From: a virus
Lineage: Duplodnaviria > Caudoviricetes
Direction: 5' to 3' (one strand)
IMG/VR virus record: IMGVR_UViG_3300010348_001841
Length of the DNA stretch: 64,000 nucleotides
Shown here in pieces: positions 48,838 through 57,897 of the stretch. The notes below the pieces were generated by a model. It had not been told where the DNA came from. It searched no databases and saw only the letters and a program-made list of their open reading frames with translations. Both the position numbers and the translations under genes were made by a program. Numbering within the stretch: the first letter of the stretch is position 1; the number at the start of each line of letters is the position of its first letter.

Positions 48838-50112
48838 ATGCCATATACCATTTACAAATCAGACGGAACGGCTGTAACAGTACCGGATAATTCAATTGAT
48901 GTAGCATTTTATAACCCAACTGGCGGTTCAACTGGTAACGGTCTCGGAACTCAGCTAGTAGGCAGAAATGCAATCAATTACGGTGCTCCGATTGCCCAGA
49001 ACTTCTTGCAAATGACTGAAAATTTTGCAAGTAATGTTGTTCCTAGCGATACCACTTCTTTGCAAGGTCAGTTGTGGTTTGAGAAAACCTCTAATACAAC
49101 AGGAAATCTGTATGTCAGAATGACAAATAACAATTCCGGTGGTATTCTAAACTGGTCACAGCTACTTACAAGCACTTCTGGAAATGCTGTAACTGCATCA
49201 CAATTGCTAAATGCAAGAACAATATCAGCAACAGGTGATGCAACATGGAGCGTAAGCTTCAATGGTTCTGCAAACGTATCGGGTGCATTGACACTCTCGA
49301 ACACCGGTGCTACAGCAGGAACATATGGTAGCTCGTCTCTTATTCCTGTTGTCACGGTTGATTCTAAGGGTCGAGTAACAAGCATTTCGAGCGTTGCAGT
49401 TTCGAGTTCGGGATCCGTAACTTCGGTTGCCGCATCGGGTTCGCAAGGTGTTACTGTTTCTGGCTCGCCTATCACATCATCGGGAACTCTTGCAATCGGA
49501 CTTGGTGCAATCACACCAACAAGTGTTACATGTTCAACAGGCCCAATTACTTGCACAGCAGGTTCTGTTATTTCTGGTAACTCCGGAACAACAGGAACAG
49601 CACAACTAAATGTCGGAACAGGTTCTGCTTCTGGTTTAGTTTCGTTCTTTAGTGCTGCCGGTACACGCCAGGGATACATCGGTGCATCGACAACAACCGC
49701 AGCCCTAGATGCCGGTACCATTCCTTATGTTGCAGCATCACATGCATTTACCGGAGCAATTACTGCAACAGGAAACGTAACAGCATACGCATCTGATGCA
49801 AGATTGAAAACTAACGTCAAAGTTATTGACAATGCTATCGACAAGGTAATGTCGATAAATGGTTACACTTATCAATGGGATTCGGCAAAATGTGATGAAC
49901 TTGGTTTTATTCCTTCGAGTTTTGTTGAACACGGTCTTCTTGCACAAGAAGTTGAAACAATTATGCCAGATGTGGTTGCCCCAGCACCTTTCAATAGTGA
50001 ATATAAAACAATTCGCTATGAAAGAATTGTTTCATTGCTTGTAGCTGCACTCAAAGAGCAACAACAAGAAATCGAAACATTGAAAGCACAGGTTGCAGGA
50101 TTACTAAAATAA
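48838..50112 (+). CDS. Tail fibre with C-terminal intramolecular chaperone (peptidase S74; gp37-like)
   Basis: GNVTAYA-SDARLKTN..I.NA.DKV..INGY.Y.W..GLLAQEVE..PD.V..Y..I.LLV.ALKE coiled coil. Late promoter at 48808-48815. Confidence 0.85.
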   Translation: MPYTIYKSDGTAVTVPDNSIDVAFYNPTGGSTGNGLGTQLVGRNAINYGAPIAQNFLQMTENFASNVVPSDTTSLQGQLWFEKTSNTTGNLYVRMTNNNSGGILNWSQLLTSTSGNAVTASQLLNARTISATGDATWSVSFNGSANVSGALTLSNTGATAGTYGSSSLIPVVTVDSKGRVTSISSVAVSSSGSVTSVAASGSQGVTVSGSPITSSGTLAIGLGAITPTSVTCSTGPITCTAGSVISGNSGTTGTAQLNVGTGSASGLVSFFSAAGTRQGYIGASTTTAALDAGTIPYVAASHAFTGAITATGNVTAYASDARLKTNVKVIDNAIDKVMSINGYTYQWDSAKCDELGFIPSSFVEHGLLAQEVETIMPDVVAPAPFNSEYKTIRYERIVSLLVAALKEQQQEIETLKAQVAGLLK

Positions 50113-52236
50113 ATGACATTACCTACCTCAAACATTAGTATCTTAGACATGAAAAATGAGGCAACAGTCGGTGCCTCATCTAGAATAACTTATGTCTTTA
50201 CATCCACATCGACCTTCACTGTGCCAGCAGGCGTGACAAGTGTCAACATTTCTGCAATCGGTGGAGGCGGTGGCGGCGGTGGAACTCAATTATCGGGCGA
50301 TTCGCACACTGGTGGTGGAGGTGGTGCAGGTGGTGTTGATTTACAAACATCTGTCTCAGTAATTCCGGGTGAAATTCTGCAAATACAGGTCGGTGCCGGC
50401 GGGACTGCCGCATCGACTATCGGTGTTGGTACCTGTGTAGGTAACGGAACAGTAAATGGCGGACAAGGCGGTGTATCTAGAGTTTACCGTGCTGCTTCGC
50501 CAGGAATTAGTCTTGCATTGGCAAACGGTGGTTACGGCGGTAACGGTGCCGTAGGAGATAATGACCCACCAAGTGATGCAAATCACCTAAATGGTTCTGG
50601 TAACACAGGGACTCCTACTGTTGTATCTAACCCTCCACTTCCATGGAAGGCAAGAAATAGTTATTATTATACTGATGGTGCCTCAAATGATACAGGCTTT
50701 GGTATCGGTGGTGATAGTGTCGGATTTGTTTTTGATGTAAGATGCCCAACACCCGGCACATCTGGTGCTGTAATGATTTCTTACACAATTACAGGCTCCG
50801 GTGGTTCCGGTGGTGATGCGCTGGGTGATTACTATGCAGGTGGTGCCCTAGTACCTAATCCTCCTCCAACAAGTATCTATCAGACAGCTCCTATTCCTAC
50901 ATCTGGCCCTATTGAGATGGGAAGTTTTCTTGGAGTTACACTTGTAGGCATTGAAGATCAAATTGACCAAACATTGGCAAACAGTCTATCTGCAACAGGC
51001 TATGTTGTTTCATCAAGAGCATCGTCTCTGGGTTGGAATGGTGTTTCCCCACTCAGAATGAAGATTACTGTACAGACCGGCGTAGTGTTGACCAATACCA
51101 CTGGTGGCTACGCATTTACACTCGGTAGCCTACCATCGGGTTCCTATATAGAACTAATCAATAACGGAAACATTGTCGGTAAGGGAGGCAATGGCGGGGT
51201 AGGCGGAAGCGTTAGCGGAAATTATTTGTCGCCAACATCATCTAATGGAGGAAACGGATTTGCCGGTGGCCCGGCAATGTCTCTTTCCTATGCTATTACT
51301 ATAACCAACAATGGCCTTATTGGCGGTGGTGGTGGTGGTGGCGGGGGTGGTGCCGCCGCGTATGACTGGTTCGACGATGGACTTGGGAACATTACTGCAT
51401 ATGGAGATGGCGGTGGCCCAGGAGGTGGCGGCGCCGGCGGATTCGGAAATCCGGGATCTGTTGGAACTGCAAATATTTCGGGCGGACTTTTCAACAATAA
51501 CACCAACGGAAGAGCAGGTAGTTCCGGTACAGGTGCTGCGCCTGGATTTAGGGGATATAACGGATCTTTCGATGTAAACGGATTGGGCCTTGCAGGCTGG
51601 GGAGGCATCGGTGGCGGATTCGGACAGGCCGGATATAGCGGAACTAATGCATTTTCGGGAACACAGGTAGGTACATCAGGTTCCGGTGGCAATGGTGGAT
51701 TATCTATCCTCGGTGGTGCCAATATTAGTTGGTTGAAATATGGTTCAGTAGTCGGAAATATTGATAACTGGAGTACATGGACTGGTGGCGGAACAAATAA
51801 TTCTGCACTAATGACATCTGTTACTCTTGCAAAAGAAACATATATGAATGCTGGTTGGACCATGAAACTTGACGATCGTTGGTACTGGAGTGTTGCAAAT
51901 TCTGGCCAAGTTGGTGTCCCAGCAGCTACAGTTACATTTTCGTTTATCTATGCTAATACAACAGGCAGTAATGTAACTGCACATCTATATGGCGCAGTCG
52001 ACAACCAAATGAATAGTATTACTATAAATGGTGTGGCCGGTTCGGTTGGTACTTTCCCTGCAGGAAATGCATATACTGGACAATATAGCACAGGTAACTT
52101 TATTCTTGTACCGGGCTCTAACGTTATCAAGGTAACACTTCAAAATACAGCATTGGGTGTAGCAGGATTCAATTTGAGATTGCGTAGAACAAGCGATAAT
52201 GCAGTTCTTGCAGGCCCATTAGGTTGGTATTTCTAA
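50113..52236 (+). CDS. Glycine-rich tail-tip adhesin (T-even gp38-like)
   Basis: INNGNIVGKGGNGG...GGPAM..ITITNNGLIGGGGGGGGGG polyglycine signature; immediately follows the S74 fibre. Confidence 0.7.
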   Translation: MTLPTSNISILDMKNEATVGASSRITYVFTSTSTFTVPAGVTSVNISAIGGGGGGGGTQLSGDSHTGGGGGAGGVDLQTSVSVIPGEILQIQVGAGGTAASTIGVGTCVGNGTVNGGQGGVSRVYRAASPGISLALANGGYGGNGAVGDNDPPSDANHLNGSGNTGTPTVVSNPPLPWKARNSYYYTDGASNDTGFGIGGDSVGFVFDVRCPTPGTSGAVMISYTITGSGGSGGDALGDYYAGGALVPNPPPTSIYQTAPIPTSGPIEMGSFLGVTLVGIEDQIDQTLANSLSATGYVVSSRASSLGWNGVSPLRMKITVQTGVVLTNTTGGYAFTLGSLPSGSYIELINNGNIVGKGGNGGVGGSVSGNYLSPTSSNGGNGFAGGPAMSLSYAITITNNGLIGGGGGGGGGGAAAYDWFDDGLGNITAYGDGGGPGGGGAGGFGNPGSVGTANISGGLFNNNTNGRAGSSGTGAAPGFRGYNGSFDVNGLGLAGWGGIGGGFGQAGYSGTNAFSGTQVGTSGSGGNGGLSILGGANISWLKYGSVVGNIDNWSTWTGGGTNNSALMTSVTLAKETYMNAGWTMKLDDRWYWSVANSGQVGVPAATVTFSFIYANTTGSNVTAHLYGAVDNQMNSITINGVAGSVGTFPAGNAYTGQYSTGNFILVPGSNVIKVTLQNTALGVAGFNLRLRRTSDNAVLAGPLGWYF

Positions 52237-52244
52237 GGAGATTT

Positions 52245-52598
52245 ATGATTTCATTCAATCTTGCATGGCTTTTGGTTCAATGGGGTGTTGGACTAACCGC
52301 AGCACTTTGGTTATTATTTCTTGCGGTTATGGCATTAAAAACAGCAAGGGATAATGGTTCTTTGCCAAAGGTAGTCCTGCCCTTTGCCTATATCATTCTC
52401 TACGTGGGATTATTAGTCGACTTCGTTGTAAATATTACCGTAGCAACGGTATTATTTCTTGAACTACCGAAAGAAGGCACTGTTACATCTCGTGTATCGC
52501 GCCATCTGAAGGAAGAAGACGGATGGAGGAAAAAATTAGCGAAATTTATTTGCGGTAATTTTTTAGATCCGTTTGAGATAGGCGGACATTGTAAATGA
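52245..52598 (+). CDS. Small membrane protein
   Basis: Two hydrophobic helices, TVTSRVSRH..LDPF..GHC. Start moved to ATG 52245 (SD AAGGAG). Confidence 0.65.
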   Translation: MISFNLAWLLVQWGVGLTAALWLLFLAVMALKTARDNGSLPKVVLPFAYIILYVGLLVDFVVNITVATVLFLELPKEGTVTSRVSRHLKEEDGWRKKLAKFICGNFLDPFEIGGHCK

Positions 52599-52622
52599 AA
52601 AACCGGGCAAATGCCCGGTTTT
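52598..52622. terminator. Bidirectional terminator closing the late structural operon
   Basis: AAAAACCGGGCA-AA-TGCCCGGTTTT between convergent genes. Confidence 0.85.
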
Positions 52623-52875
52623 ATTTTTCCTTTACATCAGTCGGTTCGTCGACAAAATCCATATTATCAACAAAATGACATAGCATTTTCTTAACAAATT
52701 CCCGGCTCATACATTCACTATTGCATGTCCATCTATTTGTTTCTAAATCTCGAAAGAAACTAAATTCCCCAAAACCTACATTCTGTGCGGTCCAATCAAA
52801 ACAGACACCCATATATGGTGCAGAAATAACCTTGGTGATATAACATTCATCTTCTAAATTTTTAAGCATGTCCAT
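52621..52875 (-). CDS. Hypothetical protein
   Basis: 84-aa ORF coupled to the upstream gene (TAATG). Confidence 0.6.
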   Translation of the reverse strand: MDMLKNLEDECYITKVISAPYMGVCFDWTAQNVGFGEFSFFRDLETNRWTCNSECMSREFVKKMLCHFVDNMDFVDEPTDVKEK

Positions 52876-53357
52876 TATCGTCTCATCCTGGAAATATCAA
52901 TTGCCTCTTCGTCACTGAAGATGGGCACTGCATTACTTTTATGCATGGTACCAATGCCCTTTACTTTCGTGCCCGTATAGATTGGCGACGGTTTAGAGGA
53001 GACTGGCCCGGTAATCCATGGTTTGTTCTGCGACGAAATGGCCAACACCAATTCGGTGGCTTCAAGGCCTTGGTCGCTATTGTTATTTGTCTGTACAGGA
53101 CTTGAAATGACCGAAGATACATTGGTAGGGGTCTTCGTAATGATTGCTTTGGAGACCTTTTGCGTCTTCGTTTTTTTGCCGCGCCCATAAACCCAATCTA
53201 AGTATTCTTCAAAAGTTTCTTTAGGGAGATTCATTTCCCGTAAACGCACATTACGTTCACGCCATCCGCGTTCTAACTCTTCTCGTTTTGCTTTTGTGAG
53301 TTTATCTTTAGGTTTCTTGTAAGAAGTTGTTGTCAGATACGGACCAACAAGGTGCAT
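52875..53357 (-). CDS. Conserved T4-like phage hypothetical protein
   Basis: C-terminal YTG.K.KGIGTMHKSNAVPIF..EEA.DISRMRR motif, common in T4-like phages. Confidence 0.75.
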   Translation of the reverse strand: MHLVGPYLTTTSYKKPKDKLTKAKREELERGWRERNVRLREMNLPKETFEEYLDWVYGRGKKTKTQKVSKAIITKTPTNVSSVISSPVQTNNNSDQGLEATELVLAISSQNKPWITGPVSSKPSPIYTGTKVKGIGTMHKSNAVPIFSDEEAIDISRMRR

Positions 53358-53383
53358 TTTATCAACCTTTTGATAAATAGTTT

Positions 53384-54025
53384 ATGTTTTTGCAAAATAA
53401 ATATACTAAATGGTATTATAATATAATCATGACTAAATTGTCAAAGGCTAATAATTTATATACTGAAAAACATCATATTATTCCTAAGTCATTAGGTGGA
53501 ACAGATAATAAAAGTAATATCTGCTATCTTAGTGGTCGCGAACATTTTTTGTGCCACTGGTTACTTACAAAAATGACAGCCGGACAAGAAAGACAAAAAA
53601 TGATGTATGCATTAAGGATGATGAAAAGTCAGAATAAAGGCCAGCAAAGATATTCGTCAAAAATAACAGCAAGGGTGTATGAAAAACTCAAGATTGAATA
53701 TTCGGAGATTTTAAGTCAAACACATAAAGGTAAGATACCATGGAATAAGGGTAAGAAACAGACAGCAGAACATAATCAAAAAATATCTTTATCACTTACG
53801 GGTATAAAGAGGTCTACCGAATCTAAAAAGAAAAATTCGTTATCCCATATAGGTAAACCAGGTACCTTTATTAATAAAAATCATTCATTAGAATCTATTG
53901 AGAAAATTAGAGCGGCAAATATTTCAAGGCCTAAGGTTTCTTGTATATATTGTAAAAAATTCGGTGATATTACTGCATTCAAACATTGGCATTTTGAAAA
54001 TTGCAAATTATTCAGAGAATTATAG
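53384..54025 (+). mobile_element. Free-standing HNH homing endonuclease
   Basis: NKYTKWY..I, EKHHIIPKSLGG.D...N...LSGREHFLCHWLL; NUMOD3-like PWNKGKK; C-terminal CxxC..H..C. Confidence 0.9.
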
Positions 54026-54340
54026 GTATCGATCAAAGGAAAAAGTGTTTGTATAATTTACTGATGCACGGGTTGGGCAATGTTTTTCCCTAAGTTGTAA
54101 AGCTTTGATTGCCCATTTTTCCGATACAGGCATCGGGCCAGATTCCCTTAGGTGCAATATACTATGAGTTCTTGTAAGAAAATGTATAGGTGCATATTTC
54201 TTATTCTTTTTTCTAACTGCCCTAGCAGAAATAGAATAGTTACCACCCATGACTTTGCCGTGAATCTTTACAAATTTACGACGTGACCGTAGTAGCCATT
54301 TTTTGGAAATAACTATTTTCCTAAACTTGATAGCGCCCAT
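54020..54340 (-). CDS. Basic hypothetical protein
   Basis: Likely start MGAIKFRK at 54340; the longer track ORF overlaps the upstream gene. Confidence 0.5.
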   Translation of the reverse strand: MGAIKFRKIVISKKWLLRSRRKFVKIHGKVMGGNYSISARAVRKKNKKYAPIHFLTRTHSILHLRESGPMPVSEKWAIKALQLREKHCPTRASVNYTNTFSFDRYL

Positions 54341-54617
54341 TTCCGAAATTCTTTCCGAAAGAACGAATAGCTTCAGCAGAATCATGGCAACCCCTGCCCT
54401 CTGCATTCTCACCAGTATAACTGCGAGCCTGCATCTCTGCAATCTTTGCGCATTCTTCCACAATCAACTCAAAGAAAGGCATAAGGCTAAATTCTGTATG
54501 AGCAAATGCATCATCGTCGAATCCTACCTGTCTGGCAAGATAATCTAATGCATCATACCTATTCTTTAGGAAGACTTGCTCTTCTGTCTGTTCTTTCATT
54601 TTATCTCTAATTTTCAT
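54321..54617 (-). CDS. Hypothetical protein
   Basis: FFELIVEECAKIA-type small phage protein. Confidence 0.6.
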   Translation of the reverse strand: MKIRDKMKEQTEEQVFLKNRYDALDYLARQVGFDDDAFAHTEFSLMPFFELIVEECAKIAEMQARSYTGENAEGRGCHDSAEAIRSFGKNFGNGRYQV

Positions 54618-55126
54618 TTTTTCAACATCTTGAACATTTTGAGTAATGCTTCAGCATTACCCTTCGCATCATCCACGGGGTGATGGGTATGTTTAGTTTC
54701 ACGAAGGTGTTTGAATGTACTGTACATGTCCTTATCTAGTCCCTTATAGAAGGAACCAAGATTCTGGGAAGACCATCCAAACGGATTGCGGTTTAATTGT
54801 TGCCAGAAATAATAATTGATGAATGCAAAATCATATCCATTATTATCTGACCAGAAGATAGGGCGTTTACCGGGAATTTCTTTCTGCAACCAAATTTCGA
54901 AATTTTGCATTGCATCACGTGGGTCTGGAAACTTTAGTGTCTCCTCACGAGTGAATCCACTAACTGCAAGTGCCTCGGGAATATAAATTTCTGAGATGGG
55001 CTTTAGTTGTGCGTAGAAAGTTCTTTGAAGTCCTGGTTCAACAATCACAGCACCGAAACAAATCATACTGTGCATTCCAGGGCAGGGTCCGTCGGATTCG
55101 ACGTCAACCATTACGTTTTGTTGCAT
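54614..55126 (-). CDS. DEDD-family 3'-5' exonuclease
   Basis: VDVESDG (ExoI), NNGYDF (ExoII), HHPVDDA (ExoIII). Confidence 0.85.
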   Translation of the reverse strand: MQQNVMVDVESDGPCPGMHSMICFGAVIVEPGLQRTFYAQLKPISEIYIPEALAVSGFTREETLKFPDPRDAMQNFEIWLQKEIPGKRPIFWSDNNGYDFAFINYYFWQQLNRNPFGWSSQNLGSFYKGLDKDMYSTFKHLRETKHTHHPVDDAKGNAEALLKMFKMLKK

Positions 55127-55147
55127 TATAATATCCTTTTATGTTGT

Positions 55148-55176
55148 ATTTTACAACACTATAGACATTTTGTCAA
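55148..55176 (-). promoter_or_regulatory. sigma70-type promoter
   Basis: TTGACA-17 bp-TAAAAT. Confidence 0.75.
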
Positions 55177-55535
55177 GGAATAACGGTACCCTGTGTAAAG
55201 CTTGAAAGTGGAAGTTGTGGGAGAATCAACCATTGTAGGTCGATCTGGCTCCTTGGAAAAGGCTGAAATAATACCTGTCTGATGGTTGCCGCTGATCCAT
55301 AACGAACCATGAAACTAGCGAGTCCTAACTGAGTATCCTTATCAAAAATTGTGTATACAAGATTGCCCAATCCATTATTGAATGTTTGAAAATAGTATAC
55401 ATTGGGTCCACCGTAATCGCCGTATGGAACCACTGATTTTGAATTAATTGCGTTTACAACTGCCTGGACATTAGCATCAAGTGCTATTGTATTTTCAGGC
55501 GTGCATACTGCATAATTTGGATATGGATATTGCAT
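55173..55535 (-). CDS. Hypothetical late protein
   Basis: GATAAATA (55540-55547) lies 4 nt before the ATG at 55535. Confidence 0.6.
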   Translation of the reverse strand: MQYPYPNYAVCTPENTIALDANVQAVVNAINSKSVVPYGDYGGPNVYYFQTFNNGLGNLVYTIFDKDTQLGLASFMVRYGSAATIRQVLFQPFPRSQIDLQWLILPQLPLSSFTQGTVIP

Positions 55536-55545
55536 CAATTATTTA

Positions 55546-56253
55546 TCACAAATCGGATTCGTATATTTCGCCTTTGAGCTTCGAAAACTCCAATAGTTCA
55601 AAAAACACATCTGGATGATATAGATAATGACATCCAATCTGCTCCTCGAGGATGTCCCTGGGAATTCTATCAAGAAAAGAAGATTCGCGTATAGATTCCA
55701 TGTAGGAAATAAATGCATCAGCTAACCTTACCGGATCATTTCTGCAATCTTTAAAATACTCAAATCTATAACGATCATTGCGTATCATCGAATGCTGTTT
55801 GAAAATCTTATGCTCGGAAATAAATTTTATTACGGCTATTTGAAAATCAATTAGATCATTATTGAAGAGTATTAGACTGTACAGACTCATATCATCATAA
55901 TATGTTCTTTCAAATATATTCAATGGCACAAATCCTATCCAACTACAGCGAAGATCCGAGACCATTGTACCTACTGCTGTGTTGAAATTTGGTAATACCT
56001 CTTGCTCACAATCATGCATTATTTCTTTGAATAATCCGTCAGTCTCAAAGCTCCATCCAAAATTTACACGTAAGGAAGAATTTTTATCTATTATCATTTT
56101 TATTGCTTCGGGTCTGCCTGGATCGGCAGAATTGGAACGTATAAAAAGACGACGCCTATTGAGTTGTGGCTCAATAGGCTTCAGGATGTTTAGATTAACG
56201 TGTTCTTGGAATCCAATAGTACAGAGATCCTCTCCAATAACAAATCTTTTCAT
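55546..56253 (-). CDS. Hypothetical protein under late promoter/hairpin control
   Basis: 235-aa ORF; upstream sequence GATAAATAGTCCGAAAGGACTATTATG. Confidence 0.65.
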   Translation of the reverse strand: MKRFVIGEDLCTIGFQEHVNLNILKPIEPQLNRRRLFIRSNSADPGRPEAIKMIIDKNSSLRVNFGWSFETDGLFKEIMHDCEQEVLPNFNTAVGTMVSDLRCSWIGFVPLNIFERTYYDDMSLYSLILFNNDLIDFQIAVIKFISEHKIFKQHSMIRNDRYRFEYFKDCRNDPVRLADAFISYMESIRESSFLDRIPRDILEEQIGCHYLYHPDVFFELLEFSKLKGEIYESDL

Positions 56254-56275
56254 AATAGTCCTTTCGGACTATTTA

Positions 56276-56632
56276 TCAGCTCTGTAAAATATTCTCTACC
56301 TCGGTATAATCTTCTAGCGCCCATTTGGCAGTTTTTAATGTCTGCCAATATGCATAGGCCTCACGAAGTGGTTGGGTTGAGAGTGCCATAAGCATTAAAG
56401 GAAACATGATCAGGTTACTTAATCCCAACAAGAATGCTAGGACTGTAAGGCCCACACCAATCATAAATGCCGCTCCAATTGCTACTGTAATTGTGGCCTG
56501 TGTTTCGGCACGAGCCTGCAGATTCTGAATCATGAATACACGCAGTTCCGGATTAGTCACCGCAGCCTGCAGATCGATGTCGTCTTTATTCATTGTTTGC
56601 CTTTGTAATGGTGGCCTCGAGATTCTCATCAA
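56276..56632 (-). CDS. Membrane protein
   Basis: Two adjacent hydrophobic helices; the true start may be the downstream MNKDD. Confidence 0.6.
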   Translation of the reverse strand: MMRISRPPLQRQTMNKDDIDLQAAVTNPELRVFMIQNLQARAETQATITVAIGAAFMIGVGLTVLAFLLGLSNLIMFPLMLMALSTQPLREAYAYWQTLKTAKWALEDYTEVENILQS

Positions 56633-56837
56633 TTTGGAGTCTACAATTCTTGAATTTAATAGACCCTTTGGTTGTTGGATTATCAGGAGTCTCTTTCGTG
56701 CTCCACGGACAATCCGCAGTTAGGTGGTTGATGTAATACGTTTCTCCCTTGGTTTTAATAACCCACATCGGGATAGACGGATCAGCCAGATGGCCCTTGT
56801 TGAAGTGAAAGATAGCTTCTTTAGTGATAATATCCAA
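56586..56837 (-). CDS. Hypothetical protein
   Basis: FHFNK.HL.DP.IPMWV.K.KGETYY..PWSTKETPDN; start uncertain. Confidence 0.65.
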   Translation of the reverse strand: MDIITKEAIFHFNKGHLADPSIPMWVIKTKGETYYINHLTADCPWSTKETPDNPTTKGSIKFKNCRLQIDENLEATITKANNE

Positions 56838-56848
56838 AACCTATTTCA

Positions 56849-57121
56849 TTATAAATCCTCTTCGTTAATTGAGTCGCCAATAGAAACGACACGGTTATAT
56901 GCAGGTTGACAAATTTTACTAAGCCCCGGAACCTTGCAACCGAGGTATAGTGTGATTCTAACTGCTAGATAAGGTAATAGCAATAGAATAATAAAAAATA
57001 TCATACATCCGTCAACGAATGTACTATTATTAGATCCCGGATTGGCACCGCCTAGTCCAACTGCCAATAATTGACAGAGGACAAATAAGAAGATGACTAA
57101 TGAGGTAATCGTAATCCACAT
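56849..57121 (-). CDS. Membrane protein
   Basis: Two hydrophobic segments. Confidence 0.55.
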   Translation of the reverse strand: MWITITSLVIFLFVLCQLLAVGLGGANPGSNNSTFVDGCMIFFIILLLLPYLAVRITLYLGCKVPGLSKICQPAYNRVVSIGDSINEEDL

Positions 57122-57122
57122 A

Positions 57123-57338
57123 TCAGCGATCTTCGATTCCTACACCAGAACCATACGGACCATAATCATCACGGGCTGCAGATCCGGATTCTCTACGAAT
57201 ATTCTCGAGTTCTACTCCGAGTTCGCTTAGTCCTCTTGAAAGATCTGTCGGCCATTGTCTACCTGCACGGTAATCTGCTGCTAAGATCTTAGCCTTAGCG
57301 GCAATCAAATCCAGACGTGCAGCAATGATTTCGTTCAT
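57123..57338 (-). CDS. Hypothetical protein
   Basis: 71-aa ORF coupled to the upstream gene. Confidence 0.55.
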   Translation of the reverse strand: MNEIIAARLDLIAAKAKILAADYRAGRQWPTDLSRGLSELGVELENIRRESGSAARDDYGPYGSGVGIEDR

Positions 57339-57847
57339 TATTTTCTCCCAAAATTTGGATCGGTATCAGCAAATGCAGGATCTACAGTGTTAAATTCACT
57401 GAAGATGCTATCTCGTTCAGGAATACCTGCACGCCTAGAAAGAGACATACCCAGGATATGGCGCTTCCGTTCAACTTTAATAGCCGGTGCAATACCTTGA
57501 GAAATCAACGCAATAGTCTGCTTCTGTTCTTCTGTGAGTTTACCGCGACCATCCGCAGTATCATCAATTAGGTCATCAAACCCTGTATCAAACAGGATAG
57601 GCCTTACATCGACTCCACCTACATTAAGATGTGTGGAAGGAAGTTCGTAGACGCCCTGTTCGCGTTGACGTGCAAGTTCCGCGGCCTTCTCAACGGCACG
57701 CAGCTCAGCGCGTTCCTTAGCAAGGTCAACAAGCTTACGACTCTTCTCGGTTTTTCTGATAGCAAACCAGCCCACACCAAGTGCAGCAATTCCTGCAACA
57801 CCAAGTGCAATATGAATAGTGATAGGTTCCATTTGTGTGCCTGTCAA
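57338..57847 (-). CDS. Membrane-anchored hypothetical protein
   Basis: N-terminal transmembrane helix then coiled coil; sigma70 promoter TTGACT-17-TAATAT just upstream (about 57859-57887). Confidence 0.6.
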   Translation of the reverse strand: MTGTQMEPITIHIALGVAGIAALGVGWFAIRKTEKSRKLVDLAKERAELRAVEKAAELARQREQGVYELPSTHLNVGGVDVRPILFDTGFDDLIDDTADGRGKLTEEQKQTIALISQGIAPAIKVERKRHILGMSLSRRAGIPERDSIFSEFNTVDPAFADTDPNFGRK

Positions 57848-57897
57848 AAGTTAGAGCTATATTAACAAAGAGCTACACTCTAGTCAAACGGATGATT

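Noticed and set aside
49068-51863. Long antisense ORFs (49068-49721, 51288-51863, and similar ones at 2-18 kb)
   Set aside because: Shadows of Gly/Thr/Ala-rich sense genes with biased codon usage.
1-52236. Diversity-generating retroelement acting on fibre genes
   Set aside because: No reverse transcriptase in the window and no template/variable repeat pair with adenine-specific mismatches seen.
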